Assembly (NCBI GenBank): GCA_049606355.1 | Contig: JBMYVL010000005.1 | Location: 1 to 32,000, forward strand | Direction: 5' to 3' | DNA length: 32,000 nt | Source of the DNA: Opitutales bacterium | Lineage (GTDB): Bacteria > Verrucomicrobiota > Verrucomicrobiia > Opitutales > Coraliomargaritaceae | Shown here: positions 16,568 through 28,125 of the stretch, piece by piece | Layout: every line of letters starts with the position of its first letter | Numbering within the stretch: the first letter of the stretch is position 1 | Notes under the pieces: model-generated | Seen by the model: the letters and a program-made list of their open reading frames with translations, nothing else | Told to the model about the DNA's origin: nothing | The model's database searches: none | Translations under genes and position numbers: made by a program

Positions 16568-17917
16568 TCACGCCAGCACCGCTACCGCGATACCAAAGTA
16601 AATCATCAAACCCAGTACGTCCATCACGCTGGTAATCAGTGGCGTACTGGCCGCAGCCGGATCCACCCTCACACGGCTGAGCGCAAACGGTAGCAGCGCA
16701 CCGAAGGCATTCGCCACAAAAACAATCGACACCATACTGAGGCCAACAATTAACGCTACCTTCAGATCGCCTCCATAGAGCTGGCCGACGCCGGCAGCAA
16801 TCAACGCCATCGCCACACCCAGTAGCCCGCCCACTAAGATCTCTTTCCCTACGGCACGCAGCCAATCGCTCAATTCCAGGTCGCCGGTGGCAATCGCCCG
16901 CACCATCAAGGTGGCTGATTGCGCTCCGCAGTTACCGCCGCTCGCAATCACCAGAGGCATAAACAGAGCAAGCGCGATCATATTGCGCACCAGCTCCTCG
17001 TAGTGCGCAATCACCCCCGCAGAAATGAGGTTCACAAAGATCAGGACCAGCAGCCAGACGATGCGCTTGCGAAACAGTTCTGCCGGACCGGTCAAGCTGT
17101 ACTTCGCCTCCAGTGGCGCCACCGCGACACCCTTCTGAATGTCTTCCGTAGTTTCCTCTTCGGCGACATCCATGATATCATCCACGGTGACAATCCCCAC
17201 GAGCACCCCGTCCGAATCCACCACCGGCAATGCATTGATGTCGTAACGCTGGATCAGCTCCACTGCGCCTTCGCGGTCTTCAAACGCAGAAATACTGACG
17301 AAATTATAGTTCAGTAGATCGCGGATCACCGTGCCGGGTTCGGCGATAATCAGGCGGCGCAAGCGCACGACATCAATCAATAGGCCGGCCGCATCGGTGA
17401 CATACAGGATATTAAAGATTTCCGAATCGCGCCCGTATTTACGAATGTGCGCCAATGCCACCTCGACCGTCCACTCGGCGCGCAGACGGATGTAGTCCGG
17501 GGTCATTAAGCGCCCGACGCTCTCTTCCGGGTAGCCGAGCAATTGACGCGCCTCAAATAAATCTTCCGGACTGAGCAACTGCATGAGGCGGCGCGTAACC
17601 GTCGCCGGCAACTCTTCGAGCATTTCGGTACGATCGTCCGGGCTAATATCCGCCAACAGAGCACGTGTATCCGCATCCGTCAGTGCTTTGAGCAGACTAT
17701 CCTGCGCATCGCTCTCCAAATAGGCAAACATATCGGCCGCACGCTGGCGCGGCAGCGCGCGGTAGACCAAGATCTGATGCGGTTTATCTAAATCGATGAG
17801 GAGGTCAGCGATTTCCGGCACTGCCCAGGTTTGCAAGGCCTCCGCCACAGCCTTGATTTGATTCGTCGCAATCAGTTGCTGAATCTTCACTTCCTCGACT
17901 GTGTTTTCGCTGCGCAT
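16568..17917 (-). CDS. mgtE: Magnesium transporter MgtE
   Basis: It has an N-domain, tandem CBS domains and a 5-TM C-terminal domain with [16 protein letters not shown] and [18 protein letters not shown] prefer the ATG at 17917 (MRSENTVEE...) because the longer ORF overlaps the divergent NUDIX gene. Confidence 0.9.
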   Translation of the reverse strand: MRSENTVEEVKIQQLIATNQIKAVAEALQTWAVPEIADLLIDLDKPHQILVYRALPRQRAADMFAYLESDAQDSLLKALTDADTRALLADISPDDRTEMLEELPATVTRRLMQLLSPEDLFEARQLLGYPEESVGRLMTPDYIRLRAEWTVEVALAHIRKYGRDSEIFNILYVTDAAGLLIDVVRLRRLIIAEPGTVIRDLLNYNFVSISAFEDREGAVELIQRYDINALPVVDSDGVLVGIVTVDDIMDVAEEETTEDIQKGVAVAPLEAKYSLTGPAELFRKRIVWLLVLIFVNLISAGVIAHYEELVRNMIALALFMPLVIASGGNCGAQSATLMVRAIATGDLELSDWLRAVGKEILVGGLLGVAMALIAAGVGQLYGGDLKVALIVGLSMVSIVFVANAFGALLPFALSRVRVDPAAASTPLITSVMDVLGLMIYFGIAVAVLA

Positions 17918-18046
17918 GACCACTCCAGAAATAGGGGCCGCCAGTTGGGAGTAAAGCCGGTAAATCACCGGATGCGGTTTATCTGCGACGATTCGCCGCG
18001 CTTGAGACTTGCTCCCGTGCCAATCTATCCTTGCCTTAGGGCTATC

Positions 18047-18508
18047 ATGCGTCCGATCCGAACCGCTGCCAGAGCGCTCATCATTCTCAATCAACAATTG
18101 CTCGCGATTAAAATGCGCGATGCCAGTGGTGTCTTTTATATCTTACCGGGCGGGGGACAGCGCCACGGTGAAACCCTCCAAGAAGGCTTAGTCCGCGAAT
18201 GCCGCGAGGAGATTGGCACCACCGTCGAGGTCGGCGAGTTGCTGTATGTCCGCGAATACATCGGCAAAAATCACGAATTCCGCAATGCTCACAGTGCATT
18301 CCATCAAGTGGAAAGCGTCTTTCGCTGCAGCTTGCCGGATCCGGATGGGATCGGGCCGGGCACCGAGCACGACAAGAAACAAATCGGCGTGGCTTGGTTG
18401 CCCCTCGACGCGCTCAAGGAACATCGCTTTCTACCCGAGGTCATCAAACCTTTCTTCAATCGTTATGATTTCGAACCTACGACCCGCTATCTGGGGGATG
18501 CCAATTAA
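18047..18508 (+). CDS. NUDIX hydrolase
   Basis: The Nudix box [24 protein letters not shown] matches Gx5Ex7REUxEExGU. The ATG at 18047 gives about 153 aa. Confidence 0.85.
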   Translation: MRPIRTAARALIILNQQLLAIKMRDASGVFYILPGGGQRHGETLQEGLVRECREEIGTTVEVGELLYVREYIGKNHEFRNAHSAFHQVESVFRCSLPDPDGIGPGTEHDKKQIGVAWLPLDALKEHRFLPEVIKPFFNRYDFEPTTRYLGDAN

Positions 18509-18604
18509 ACAGGGATCTAGAGTGAGCGTTCGACGCAAAGGATACATGCCACTGATCCCGTGAGTGCCTACAGCCGAATTTTCAACAAGCACTATCAGGG
18601 GCTG

Positions 18605-19816
<1,212 letters not shown>

Positions 19817-19903
19817 TCACTCACGCTACCTTAGCACGCGCGCCGATTTGCAGACGCAGCCGAAACTTGGGGTCCCCACTCAACCCGGGACAACCCAAGA
19901 CCA

Positions 19904-21646
19904 ATGAACGATTCAAATACTGACCCATCACAAACTGACGAACAATTCACCGATGAGCTAATCGAAGCACCGCAGGAGGCGAAAGCCGAGCGCATCAACC
20001 CGCGAGAGCTCAAAGACGACGCCGCCAAGCGGGCGAAAACGCAACCTCTGGTCACTCGCATCATGCGAGCGATCAAGAAAGAGAAAAAGGCCTACTCGGA
20101 ACTCATCATCAATGCTGAACCGCTGGAGAAGCGGGTCGCTCAGCTCAAGGATGGCGTTCTCGAAAAATTCGAAGTGGAGCGCGCCGGTGATGCCCGCGAA
20201 GTCGGTGCGATCTTCAAAGGCCGCATCCAAAACCTTGAACCGGGCCTCAAGGCAGCCTTCGTCGACATCGGCCAAGCAAAAAACGCCTTCCTGCACTACT
20301 GGGATATTTTACCGGCGGCCAACGACAACACCATTGAAGTGGTGCGAGACAACAAATCCGCCAAACAGCGCAAGCGGGAGAGCGAGAAGGTCACGATTAA
20401 AGATATTCCGAAGCTCTACCCGATCGGCAGCGAAATTGTGGTGCAGATCACAAAAGGACAAATCGGCACGAAAGGCCCACGCACGACCACCAACATTGCC
20501 CTGCCCGGGCGCTTCCTCGTGCTCATGCCTTACTCGGGGACGATGGGCATTTCACGTAAGATTGAGGACAAAAAGGAACGGGCGCGCCTCAAGAAAATCT
20601 TGCGCGACCTCACCCTACCCGAAGGCATGGGGGTAATCATCCGCACCGCCGGGGAAGGGAAGAAGGCCCGCTACTTCATTCGTGACCTGCACATTCTTCT
20701 CAAACGCTGGGAAGTGATCCATCAACGCATGGAAGCAACGAAAAAACCGTCGTGCCTCTACGTCGAGCCGGACATCATTGGCCGTACGGTCCGAGACTTC
20801 CTGACCGAAGACATCGATCGCGTGATGCTCGACCGCCGCGAAGATTACGAAGCGGTCCTCAATGAGGTCATGAAAATTTCGCCGCGCTCGAAGTCGAAAG
20901 TGCAGCTCTTCGGGGAAGAGATCCCGGTCTTTGAACGCTTTAATATTGAGCGTCAAATAGAGCAAACCTACCTGCGCTGCGTGCCGCTCCCCTCGGGCGG
21001 CGAAATCGTCATCGAAGAAACCGAAGCCTTGATTTCCATCGATGTGAATACCGGCTCGCACAAGAATAAGGCCAAAGACGGCAAAGACTTTATCCTCCAA
21101 GTAAACCTTGAAGCCGCCACCGAGATTTGCCGGCAAGTACGCCTGCGCAATATCGGCGGCCTGGTGATCATGGACTTTATCGACATGAAGTCGAAGAAGG
21201 ATCGCAATGCGGTGCTTTCGCGCATGCGTCGCGAGATGGCCGGCGATAAGGCGAAAAGCCACATCCTGCCGATCTCGACACTCGGCATCATGCAGATGAC
21301 GCGCCAGCGCCACTCCGAAAGCCACTCGAGCGGTATTTATACGGACTGTCCCTACTGCAATGGGCGTGGCTCAGTGAAGTCCTCGCGCACCATCAGTGTC
21401 GAAATTCAGCGCCGCTTGATCAGCGTCATTCGCCGGACCCGCGCACGCGATGGGATCGACAAAGAAATTCAACTGCGCGTGCTGCTCCACCCCACCAATC
21501 TGGAGCGCCTGCGCAATGAGGATGAAGATCTGTTGCTCGGCATCGAACAATCCTACGGTGCCAAGCTATCCTTCCGCGCCGATCCGATTTACCACGTCGA
21601 GAATTTCAAGATCATCGATGTCGAAACCGGTCGGGAGCAGCGCTAA
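19904..21646 (+). CDS. rng: Ribonuclease E/G family endoribonuclease (RNase G-like size)
   Basis: It has an S1 domain ([31 protein letters not shown]), a DNase-I-like catalytic region ([19 protein letters not shown]) and a Zn-link (CPYCNGRG). A charged N-terminal extension of about 60 aa precedes the core. Confidence 0.88.
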   Translation: MNDSNTDPSQTDEQFTDELIEAPQEAKAERINPRELKDDAAKRAKTQPLVTRIMRAIKKEKKAYSELIINAEPLEKRVAQLKDGVLEKFEVERAGDAREVGAIFKGRIQNLEPGLKAAFVDIGQAKNAFLHYWDILPAANDNTIEVVRDNKSAKQRKRESEKVTIKDIPKLYPIGSEIVVQITKGQIGTKGPRTTTNIALPGRFLVLMPYSGTMGISRKIEDKKERARLKKILRDLTLPEGMGVIIRTAGEGKKARYFIRDLHILLKRWEVIHQRMEATKKPSCLYVEPDIIGRTVRDFLTEDIDRVMLDRREDYEAVLNEVMKISPRSKSKVQLFGEEIPVFERFNIERQIEQTYLRCVPLPSGGEIVIEETEALISIDVNTGSHKNKAKDGKDFILQVNLEAATEICRQVRLRNIGGLVIMDFIDMKSKKDRNAVLSRMRREMAGDKAKSHILPISTLGIMQMTRQRHSESHSSGIYTDCPYCNGRGSVKSSRTISVEIQRRLISVIRRTRARDGIDKEIQLRVLLHPTNLERLRNEDEDLLLGIEQSYGAKLSFRADPIYHVENFKIIDVETGREQR

Positions 21647-21681
21647 GCGCGCGCTCTATAGCTGACGAATTCGCTGCAGAA

Positions 21682-21713
21682 GCCACCGATACCTTACGAA
21701 AGGTATCGGTGGC
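21682..21713 (+). terminator. Perfect 14-bp stem-loop downstream of the RNase E/G-family gene (no U-tract)
   Basis: GCCACCGATACCTT-ACGA-AAGGTATCGGTGGC lies 36 nt after the stop codon. It is followed by AACTCGC rather than a T-run. It could be a U-tract-less terminator or a 3'-end protecting hairpin. Confidence 0.5.
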
Positions 21714-21895
21714 AACTCGCTGCCTGTGTAAGCGCGCGTGACTCGGCCACGTGCCTCGGTGCCTCCTTAGGTAGCTAGTTCGGTGGTTCAAAGCCACCCT
21801 GAGCCGAACGATGCGGTTGCTTCGCGCGTAAATGATGCCTGAGTTAAACTTCGGAGTTGGCTGCGATGCCTTGGCGATGCATGGTGCCTGTATTC

Positions 21896-23062
21896 ATGCA
21901 GATCCTCGCCGCATTCGATAAATTCAAAGATGCCATGTCCGCGAGTCGCGCCTGTGAGGCGGTGCGCTTGGGTGCCGTGCAAGCACTCGGCGAGTCCGTC
22001 CAGCTTCAAGCGGCTCCTTTGACCGATGGTGGCGAGGGCTTCTGCCCGATTCTAACGGCGGCCGCTGGTGGCCGGCTTGAGCGCCACACCGTCCGCGGAC
22101 CCCGCGGCGAAGCCGTCGACGCACAGCTGGGCTGGGTCGCCCTGCAACAACTGCCCGATCGAGCGCGCCGTTGCTTCGCGAATCAAACGGGCCAACTCGC
22201 GATCCTTGAAATGGCCTCGGTGGCGGGACTGGAGCAAGTCCCTCCCGCACAACGCCACCCCAAAAACTGCAGTACTCATGGAGTCGGCGAGCTGTTGCGT
22301 ATCGCGACGCGCCAAGGGGCAACTGCCATACTGCTCGGTATCGGTGGCAGCGCTACCAGCGATCTCGGTCTGGGGGCGCTCGAGGCACTGGGGCTTGAAT
22401 TGACGCCGGGTGGATGCAGCACGCCCGCACAATGGCCCGAAGTGCACTCCATTCAGGGCTCGATCCAAGGTGACTACCCACCGATTTTCATCGCTTGCGA
22501 TGTCGACAACCCACTGCTCGGCGAGCAGGGTGCTGCTTACGTCTATGGACCGCAGAAAGGATTGCCCCAAGCGGAACGGGCTGCCTTCGATGCCGAAGCG
22601 GGGCGCCTGGCCACACTCCTCTGCGATTTTTTCCAGCAGCCGCACACACTCAAGGATCAAGCCGGTAGTGGCGCGGCGGGAGGGCTCGGGTTTGGGCTCA
22701 AAGTCGCCCTGGGTGCCAACTATGTCGCAGGCTTCGAACTGGTTCGTGCGTGGTTGGATCTGGACACGCTGGTTCAGGGAGCGGATCTCGTGCTGACCGG
22801 TGAGGGGAAGTTTGACCGCAGCTCTCTATCCGGCAAAGGCCCCTACGCTTTGGCCGCGGCAGCGCATGCGGCCGGCAAGCCCTGCATCGTCCTCGCCGGC
22901 AAGGTCGAAGCGGAGGCCGCACAGCAGCTACAAGCCAATTTTCCCAAGTGCCATGCGTACAGCATCACCCCAGAGGGTTGCCCGCTCCCGCAAGCCCTCG
23001 CTGCGGCCACCGCTAATTTGCAATCCACCACCACCCATGCACTACTGACGCATGACCGCTGA
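21896..23062 (+). CDS. glxK: Glycerate kinase
   Basis: The ATG at 21896 gives [16 protein letters not shown], matching the canonical DxFK..lSA start of GlxK/Gar[17 protein letters not shown] and [16 protein letters not shown] motifs are also present. Confidence 0.85.
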   Translation: MQILAAFDKFKDAMSASRACEAVRLGAVQALGESVQLQAAPLTDGGEGFCPILTAAAGGRLERHTVRGPRGEAVDAQLGWVALQQLPDRARRCFANQTGQLAILEMASVAGLEQVPPAQRHPKNCSTHGVGELLRIATRQGATAILLGIGGSATSDLGLGALEALGLELTPGGCSTPAQWPEVHSIQGSIQGDYPPIFIACDVDNPLLGEQGAAYVYGPQKGLPQAERAAFDAEAGRLATLLCDFFQQPHTLKDQAGSGAAGGLGFGLKVALGANYVAGFELVRAWLDLDTLVQGADLVLTGEGKFDRSSLSGKGPYALAAAAHAAGKPCIVLAGKVEAEAAQQLQANFPKCHAYSITPEGCPLPQALAAATANLQSTTTHALLTHDR

Positions 23063-23705
23063 AGAGCAGCAACTGAGCGACACCAAAAACCGGCGCATCC
23101 GTAGAGTGAAGCGTTGGCTCCGCCCGTTGCCGCGCCGCGCCAATCTCCACCGCTATCCCGTCTTGAGTTGGTTTGCTGCAAGTGCGCGGAAACGCAGTTA
23201 TCTGTGGAGCTTCCGTGTCCCACAAGCCATTCCAGCGCTCTATGCCGGCTGCATTCTATCCTTACTACCGATCTATGGCATTCAGCTGCCACTGGCGTTT
23301 GTTTTTGCCTTAGCCCTCCGCGCCAACCTGCCGATACTTGCCGGCTTACAAATGATTTCCAACCCATTTACGGTGCTTCCCATCTGGTTCTCCCTCTATC
23401 AGATGGGTCGACAGGCACTGGGCCTCATCGGTATCGAAGCCCGCCCCTTGCGCAAAGCGGAGGTTCGCGAACTCCTCGATATTTTCAACACCGGCGACTG
23501 GGGGAGCCAGATGGACCGCATCCTCTCCGTGTTTGGGATCACCAGTCTCGGCGCCGTTATTATCGGCACCTTCTTCGGCGTCCTCAGCGCCCTCCTCTAC
23601 CGGGGCCTTGCCCAACGCACGGCCCGTAGCTATACCCGTCTCCAACAAACCATCGAAACGCACCGGCAGCGCAAGGCCGCCGAACCCCAAAACCCCGATG
23701 CTTAA
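23052..23705 (+). CDS. DUF2062 domain-containing membrane protein
   Basis: The motifs [10 protein letters not shown]...LWSF and [42 protein letters not shown] are typical of DUF2062. Its start overlaps the glxK stop by 11 nt. Confidence 0.7.
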   Translation: MTAEEQQLSDTKNRRIRRVKRWLRPLPRRANLHRYPVLSWFAASARKRSYLWSFRVPQAIPALYAGCILSLLPIYGIQLPLAFVFALALRANLPILAGLQMISNPFTVLPIWFSLYQMGRQALGLIGIEARPLRKAEVRELLDIFNTGDWGSQMDRILSVFGITSLGAVIIGTFFGVLSALLYRGLAQRTARSYTRLQQTIETHRQRKAAEPQNPDA

Positions 23706-24954
23706 GTACGTCTTCTGTCTGTTATTCGCTTCCTGTACACTGCCTGTTTTAGCCAGCGCGCGCGAGCAAGCGATCCACCTCGGTATTGATGTTCTCGAGC
23801 AATCCGGCTTCAAGGCGGTCGCAGGCAAACGCATCGGCTTACTCACGCACCCTGCCGGGGTGAATCGCCGCGGAGTCAGCACCATCGATATTCTTAGCGG
23901 GGCGCCAAACACGCAGCTGGTTGCGCTCTTCGGCCCTGAACACGGCATCTATGGCAACGAAAAAGCCAATGTACCGGTCGATGATAAAATCGACCCACGC
24001 ACGGGCCTGCCGGTCTACTCACTGTACGGGAAATATCGCTGGCCCAGTGATGCAATGTTACGAGGCCTGGATGCACTGGTGATTGACTTACAGGATGTCG
24101 GCGTACGCTCGTACACATACGTCAGTTGTATGCTGCGCGCGATGGAGTCCTGCTTCAAGAACGGTGTCGAAGTGATCGTGCTCGACCGCCCCAATCCGCT
24201 CGGCGGCCTCAAGGTCGACGGTCCCCCGCTCGACTCCGAATGGCGCAGCTATGTCGGTGATATTTTCACACCCTATGTCCACGGGATGACCATCGGGGAA
24301 ATTGCCTACATGGCACGAAACACCCGCGGTTGGCTGCGCCCAGAGCGAGTCAGCCGGCAGCAATTGCAGGCCGCTCAGCTGCGCGTCATTCCGATGCGCG
24401 GCTGGCACCGCTCGATGCTCTGGACCGATACCGGACTGCGCTGGATCCCCACCTCTCCGTACATCCCTGACCTTTCCGCAGTGCTCGGCTATTCGATGAC
24501 CGGTCTCGGCTCGCAGGAAGGCGGCTTCAGTCATGGCATTGGCACGCCCTACCCCTTCCGACTCCTGCGCCACACCGACAAGTCTGCCGCACAAATCAAG
24601 CGCGCACTGGAAGCGCGAAAAATCCCCGGACTGGCCTACACCATCGTGCAAACGAAGACGACGCGCGGCACAGTAGTCGAAGGCGTGTATGTTAAAGTCA
24701 ACAATTGGCAAACCGTGCGCCCGACGGAACTGAGCTTCCACATGATGCAACTCGCCGCGGCATGGGAACGACCGAACCCTTTCGCCCATGCGAAGAATGT
24801 CAACTTGTTCAATAAACATGTCGGCAGCAGCGCTTGGTGGACGGAGATCAGCGAACGCGGGGCACAGGCACGCGTGCGACCCTTCGTGCAGCACTGGGCG
24901 CGGCAGGCGCGAACCTTTCAACAACGCGCGCGCCGCTACTGGCTTTACGAGTAG
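23698..24954 (+). CDS. DUF1343 family protein (NamZ-like exo-beta-N-acetylmuramidase candidate), secreted or lipoprotein
   Basis: The ATG at 23698 gives a signal peptide [24 protein letters not shown]1343 signatures are present ([54 protein letters not shown]). The start overlaps the DUF2062 stop (ATGCTTAA). Confidence 0.75.
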   Translation: MLKYVFCLLFASCTLPVLASAREQAIHLGIDVLEQSGFKAVAGKRIGLLTHPAGVNRRGVSTIDILSGAPNTQLVALFGPEHGIYGNEKANVPVDDKIDPRTGLPVYSLYGKYRWPSDAMLRGLDALVIDLQDVGVRSYTYVSCMLRAMESCFKNGVEVIVLDRPNPLGGLKVDGPPLDSEWRSYVGDIFTPYVHGMTIGEIAYMARNTRGWLRPERVSRQQLQAAQLRVIPMRGWHRSMLWTDTGLRWIPTSPYIPDLSAVLGYSMTGLGSQEGGFSHGIGTPYPFRLLRHTDKSAAQIKRALEARKIPGLAYTIVQTKTTRGTVVEGVYVKVNNWQTVRPTELSFHMMQLAAAWERPNPFAHAKNVNLFNKHVGSSAWWTEISERGAQARVRPFVQHWARQARTFQQRARRYWLYE

Positions 24955-24963
24955 CGCCAGCGT

Positions 24964-26097
24964 TTATTGCGAGCGCCCGGTTTTGTCCTGCGGTCCATAG
25001 GCTGCAAGAACCCCGGCAACGACGGCATCCGCATACTCAAGCAGGAGGTCCGCCGCATCCAAATCCTGCCCCTGTGCACGCGCTTGAAGTGCTGCCTGTA
25101 GACGCGGGTAAACTTGTTTCGAATTGGCCACGTAGGGCTCCAGCATAACGATTGGGCACCTTACCGCACGCAGCATCTTTAAGTTACGGTACCAAAGGTA
25201 AGGTTCTGCGCTATCCACGATTGCATTACGTGTCTGATAACTGGCTGCCGGAAGCCCCGTATGCTGTTGCAAGGCCCGCGCCATAGCGCGTCCGAGCGCA
25301 GCTTCGGCGGCAGCACTGCCATTGGCTAACTTGATCGCCAGTGCCTGCTGTTGCTCCGGCACGCTTAACTCCGCGGCGCTCATGCAACCAAACGCCAAGA
25401 CATGCAGATGGTTGGAGTCGACGAGCTGCAACTGCCCCGCCTTCGCTTGAGGCCACGGCGCGGCATTGATATGCAGTGACAACACCGCGTCCGGCTGCAG
25501 CACTTCGTTGATCCGTTGCGCACGTAAGGCGATCTCATCACTGACAATTGCTTGATGCATGGCCCGGCGGCGAATTTCGGCGGCGTAATCCGCAAGCCCC
25601 GCTTGAGATGTATCGGAAGGTCCCCCTAGTTGACTGACTACGCCCGGTAGGTAATCGATCGGCGGGCGCGGGTTGAGCGGTTCCGTAGTCGTGCGTACCA
25701 GGTGGACCGTCGCGCCCAGCTCTTGCAGGCGTGTTTGCGCTCGCTGTGCCACCTCCAAGACCAGCTCTCCCTCACGCACCCAAAAATCATTCGCTGCGAT
25801 GCGAAACTGGCGCCCTTCCTCGGCAGCCCAGGCTCCACCGATATGGCCGGGGTCGAGGACCAAGCGTAAGCCGGCAAGCGGCAGCGCGGTGGCAGAACGC
25901 GCCGCACGGATCGCTGCAGCGGTGCGCCAACTGCGCGGCAACTCAGCCGGCACCGTGACGCTCTGCGCCCAAATAGCGGACTCCACATAAGGAGCGTAGC
26001 GCTCGGCCAGCGCCGCCGATGGAGCAGTCGTCACCTGCCCGGACCAAGCGGGCAAACACAAACTAACGAGCGCGGCTATGGCTCTCCAATCAAGCAT
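24964..26097 (-). CDS. N-acetylmuramoyl-L-alanine amidase (Amidase_3 family)
   Basis: It has a signal peptide. The motifs LVLDPGHIGG, REGELVLEVA and LSLHINA match the Amidase_3 zinc-ligand positions (H, E, H). Confidence 0.7.
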   Translation of the reverse strand: MLDWRAIAALVSLCLPAWSGQVTTAPSAALAERYAPYVESAIWAQSVTVPAELPRSWRTAAAIRAARSATALPLAGLRLVLDPGHIGGAWAAEEGRQFRIAANDFWVREGELVLEVAQRAQTRLQELGATVHLVRTTTEPLNPRPPIDYLPGVVSQLGGPSDTSQAGLADYAAEIRRRAMHQAIVSDEIALRAQRINEVLQPDAVLSLHINAAPWPQAKAGQLQLVDSNHLHVLAFGCMSAAELSVPEQQQALAIKLANGSAAAEAALGRAMARALQQHTGLPAASYQTRNAIVDSAEPYLWYRNLKMLRAVRCPIVMLEPYVANSKQVYPRLQAALQARAQGQDLDAADLLLEYADAVVAGVLAAYGPQDKTGRSQ

Positions 26098-26133
26098 CCG
26101 CCCAAAGTACCGGAGTCCTCGGCTGGGACAATC

Positions 26134-26661
26134 TCAATCCCCTTGCCAGAGGAAGCGCCAGGGTTTTTGCGACCACTCGGAGCCGGCATACTCAACCCCA
26201 ACACGGGGCAAGGCGCGAACCGACTCAGCACGCGGCGCAAAGCCATCATCCTCGACCCACAAGCCGTTGACGCGATTGAGCAGTTGATCGTTCAATGCCC
26301 GGTCGATCTGAAAATGTTTACTGGTGCGCCCGGGGCCGGCGACACCCTCCACCCCACGAATCAATACCGCCGCCGGATAGCCCTTTTCTCGAGTCGTGAT
26401 GTTCAGCAACCAGTGGACCCCGTAACACAGGTACACGTAGCTGCGCCCCGGAGGACCAAACATCACCACATTGCGCGTGGTCGCGCCCTTGTACGCGTGT
26501 GAGGCCCGATCGTCAAAGCCGTCATACGCCTCTGCCTCGGTGATGCGCGCACGAACGATCTTCCCCGAGTTTAAGCGGCGACACAGAGACTTCCCAATCA
26601 GTTCCTCGGCGACTGCCAAGGTCGGCCGATCAAAGAAGCCCTTATTCAACACCCGTGCCAT
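26134..26661 (-). CDS. mpg: DNA-3-methyladenine glycosylase (Mpg/AAG family)
   Basis: FFDRPTLAVAEELIGK, ITEAEAYDG.DDRASHAYKG.TTRN..MFGPPGRSYVYLCYGVHWLLN and GPGR match the family signature. Confidence 0.85.
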   Translation of the reverse strand: MARVLNKGFFDRPTLAVAEELIGKSLCRRLNSGKIVRARITEAEAYDGFDDRASHAYKGATTRNVVMFGPPGRSYVYLCYGVHWLLNITTREKGYPAAVLIRGVEGVAGPGRTSKHFQIDRALNDQLLNRVNGLWVEDDGFAPRAESVRALPRVGVEYAGSEWSQKPWRFLWQGD

Positions 26662-26684
26662 GCGTTCGAATCTTTGTACTGCGC

Positions 26685-27458
26685 CTACCGATGCGGTGTG
26701 CTGTGCGCCCGCGATCCTTCTCCCGTCAATTGATCCACGACACTGAGCAAGTAGGCCGCCGCCGTCTCCGCGCGCAGGACATTGGCCCCCAAGCGGACCG
26801 ATGCAAATCCAGCGGCGCGCAATTGTGCATATTCACCGATCGAAAAATCACCTTCCGGGCCGACCGCCAGCTCAACCCGCGACGGAGCAGCCGCCGAGAG
26901 GAGCTGATCGCGAAGGGGTCGACTGCCCGCCTCCAAGCTGGCAACCAAACGCAGCACCCCCGGCGCTGCCGATCGTTCGAGCCAGTCGCTCATGGCCAAT
27001 GGCGGCGCCAGCTCCGGCACCCAAGCCACGCCGCACTGCTTGCAGGCTTCAATCATGGTTAGGCGCCATTTGTCTTTTTTCGACGCCAAGCGCTCACCTT
27101 TCATCTGCACTTCTCCCTGCTCTGTAAAAATTGGCTGCACACTGGACGCACCGATCTCCGTCGCCATGCGTAAGATCAGATCCATCGCCTTTCCCTTCGG
27201 CACCGCCTGTAACAGGCAGACCGATACCGAGGGCCGCTTGACGGTCTCAATCGATTCCACCGCAATACGGGCAGCCTTGCTATGCGCCTCTGCTAAGCGC
27301 CCCTGAAAGCGTAGCCCCTGACCATCCAAAACTTCGACCGGAGCACCTTCACGCGCTCGAAAGACACGCACCAAATGATGGCTCTCGCGAGGATCCAAAA
27401 CCAGGAACCCTTCTCCCCGCTCGGCTTCAGGAAATAGGAATGAGCGATAACGCGCCAT
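26685..27458 (-). CDS. rsmE: 16S rRNA (uracil1498-N3)-methyltransferase RsmE
   Basis: The ATG at 27458 gives [11 protein letters not shown]...[10 protein letters not shown], a PUA-like N-terminus. The C-terminal SPOUT motifs [11 protein letters not shown] and [12 protein letters not shown] are present. Confidence 0.85.
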   Translation of the reverse strand: MARYRSFLFPEAERGEGFLVLDPRESHHLVRVFRAREGAPVEVLDGQGLRFQGRLAEAHSKAARIAVESIETVKRPSVSVCLLQAVPKGKAMDLILRMATEIGASSVQPIFTEQGEVQMKGERLASKKDKWRLTMIEACKQCGVAWVPELAPPLAMSDWLERSAAPGVLRLVASLEAGSRPLRDQLLSAAAPSRVELAVGPEGDFSIGEYAQLRAAGFASVRLGANVLRAETAAAYLLSVVDQLTGEGSRAHSTPHR

Positions 27459-27603
27459 AGCCAAACGTTGAAAGCTTGGCGCCGAGGCGACAAGCACGGA
27501 TCACCTCAAGGCAAGCGATTGCCGGCAAATTCGCAGGCGGGAGCAATTCGGGCTTGTCATCCGCGCGGCCGGGTTTTTGTTGCTACCCAGTCTCATTCCT
27601 AAC

Positions 27604-27619
27604 AATAATTGGAATTATT
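27604..27619. promoter_or_regulatory. AT-rich perfect palindrome, candidate Fur-family operator
   Basis: AATAATT-GG-AATTATT lies 27 nt upstream of the fur ATG. It overlaps a candidate -35 (TTGGAA 27609-27614, 17-nt spacer, TATTGT 27632-27637). It resembles the ATAAT/ATTAT half-sites of Fur boxes. Confidence 0.45.
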
Positions 27620-27645
27620 CTAAAAACTAGGTATTGTAAGTACAC

Positions 27646-28083
27646 ATGAAACTCGCACCGGAATACAAGACCCGTCTCGACAGCGCCCTTGAGCACAGCG
27701 GTCAACGCTCCACCAAGCAGCGGGAGCATGTCTTTGCCGTCATTTTGGAAAAACGCGATCACCCCACTGCGGACGAAATCTACGCCCGCTCTCGCGTGGA
27801 GATGCCCACGATCTCACTGGCAACGGTTTACAACTGCCTCGAAACCTTAGTGGACAGTGGCCTGGTGCGCCCGGTCAATTTTGAGCGTGAACCGACGCGC
27901 TACTGCCCGAATCTCACCCAGCACGCGCACTTTTACTGCAAAGAAAGCGGCGAAATTGTCGATATCGAGCTGTCCGAACCCTTGATTGCCGAACTCAAGG
28001 CGGCTTTGCCGAAAGGCTTTGTGACCGAACACATCGAAATTGCCTACGACGGCAAATGCGGCGACTGCCACGAGTCCACCTGA
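27646..28083 (+). CDS. fur: Fur family transcriptional regulator
   Basis: The 145-aa ORF has a winged-helix N-terminal region ([26 protein letters not shown]...[14 protein letters not shown]). Metal-site motifs are HAHFYC and a C-terminal CGDCH. Confidence 0.8.
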   Translation: MKLAPEYKTRLDSALEHSGQRSTKQREHVFAVILEKRDHPTADEIYARSRVEMPTISLATVYNCLETLVDSGLVRPVNFEREPTRYCPNLTQHAHFYCKESGEIVDIELSEPLIAELKAALPKGFVTEHIEIAYDGKCGDCHEST

Positions 28084-28125
28084 AGCAGCTCAGCTGAATC
28101 CAATCCATTTACACTAACGATCCAT

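Noticed and set aside
16563-16865. N-terminal extension of the ORF 16197-16865
   Set aside because: The extension overlaps the 3' end of mgtE in another frame and is Cys/Arg/Gly-rich. The MazG-like homology begins exactly at the ATG at 16562, which sits 5 nt after the mgtE stop.
17831-18046. N-terminal extension of the NUDIX ORF, and the 17918-18097 extension of mgtE
   Set aside because: The two extensions overlap each other on opposite strands. Family-typical N-termini begin at the internal ATGs (18047 and 17917).
20615-21325. 236-aa minus-strand ORF
   Set aside because: It is antisense to the RNase E/G-family gene and has no recognisable motifs. I treat it as a shadow ORF.
24088-24924. 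278-aa minus-strand ORF
   Set aside because: It is antisense to the DUF1343 gene. I treat it as a shadow ORF.
25098-25124. TAGACG...GTTTCGAA resembling the ECF-type motif on the minus strand
   Set aside because: The spacing is wrong (11 nt), the -35 reads AAAC rather than GAAC, and it lies inside the amidase coding region.
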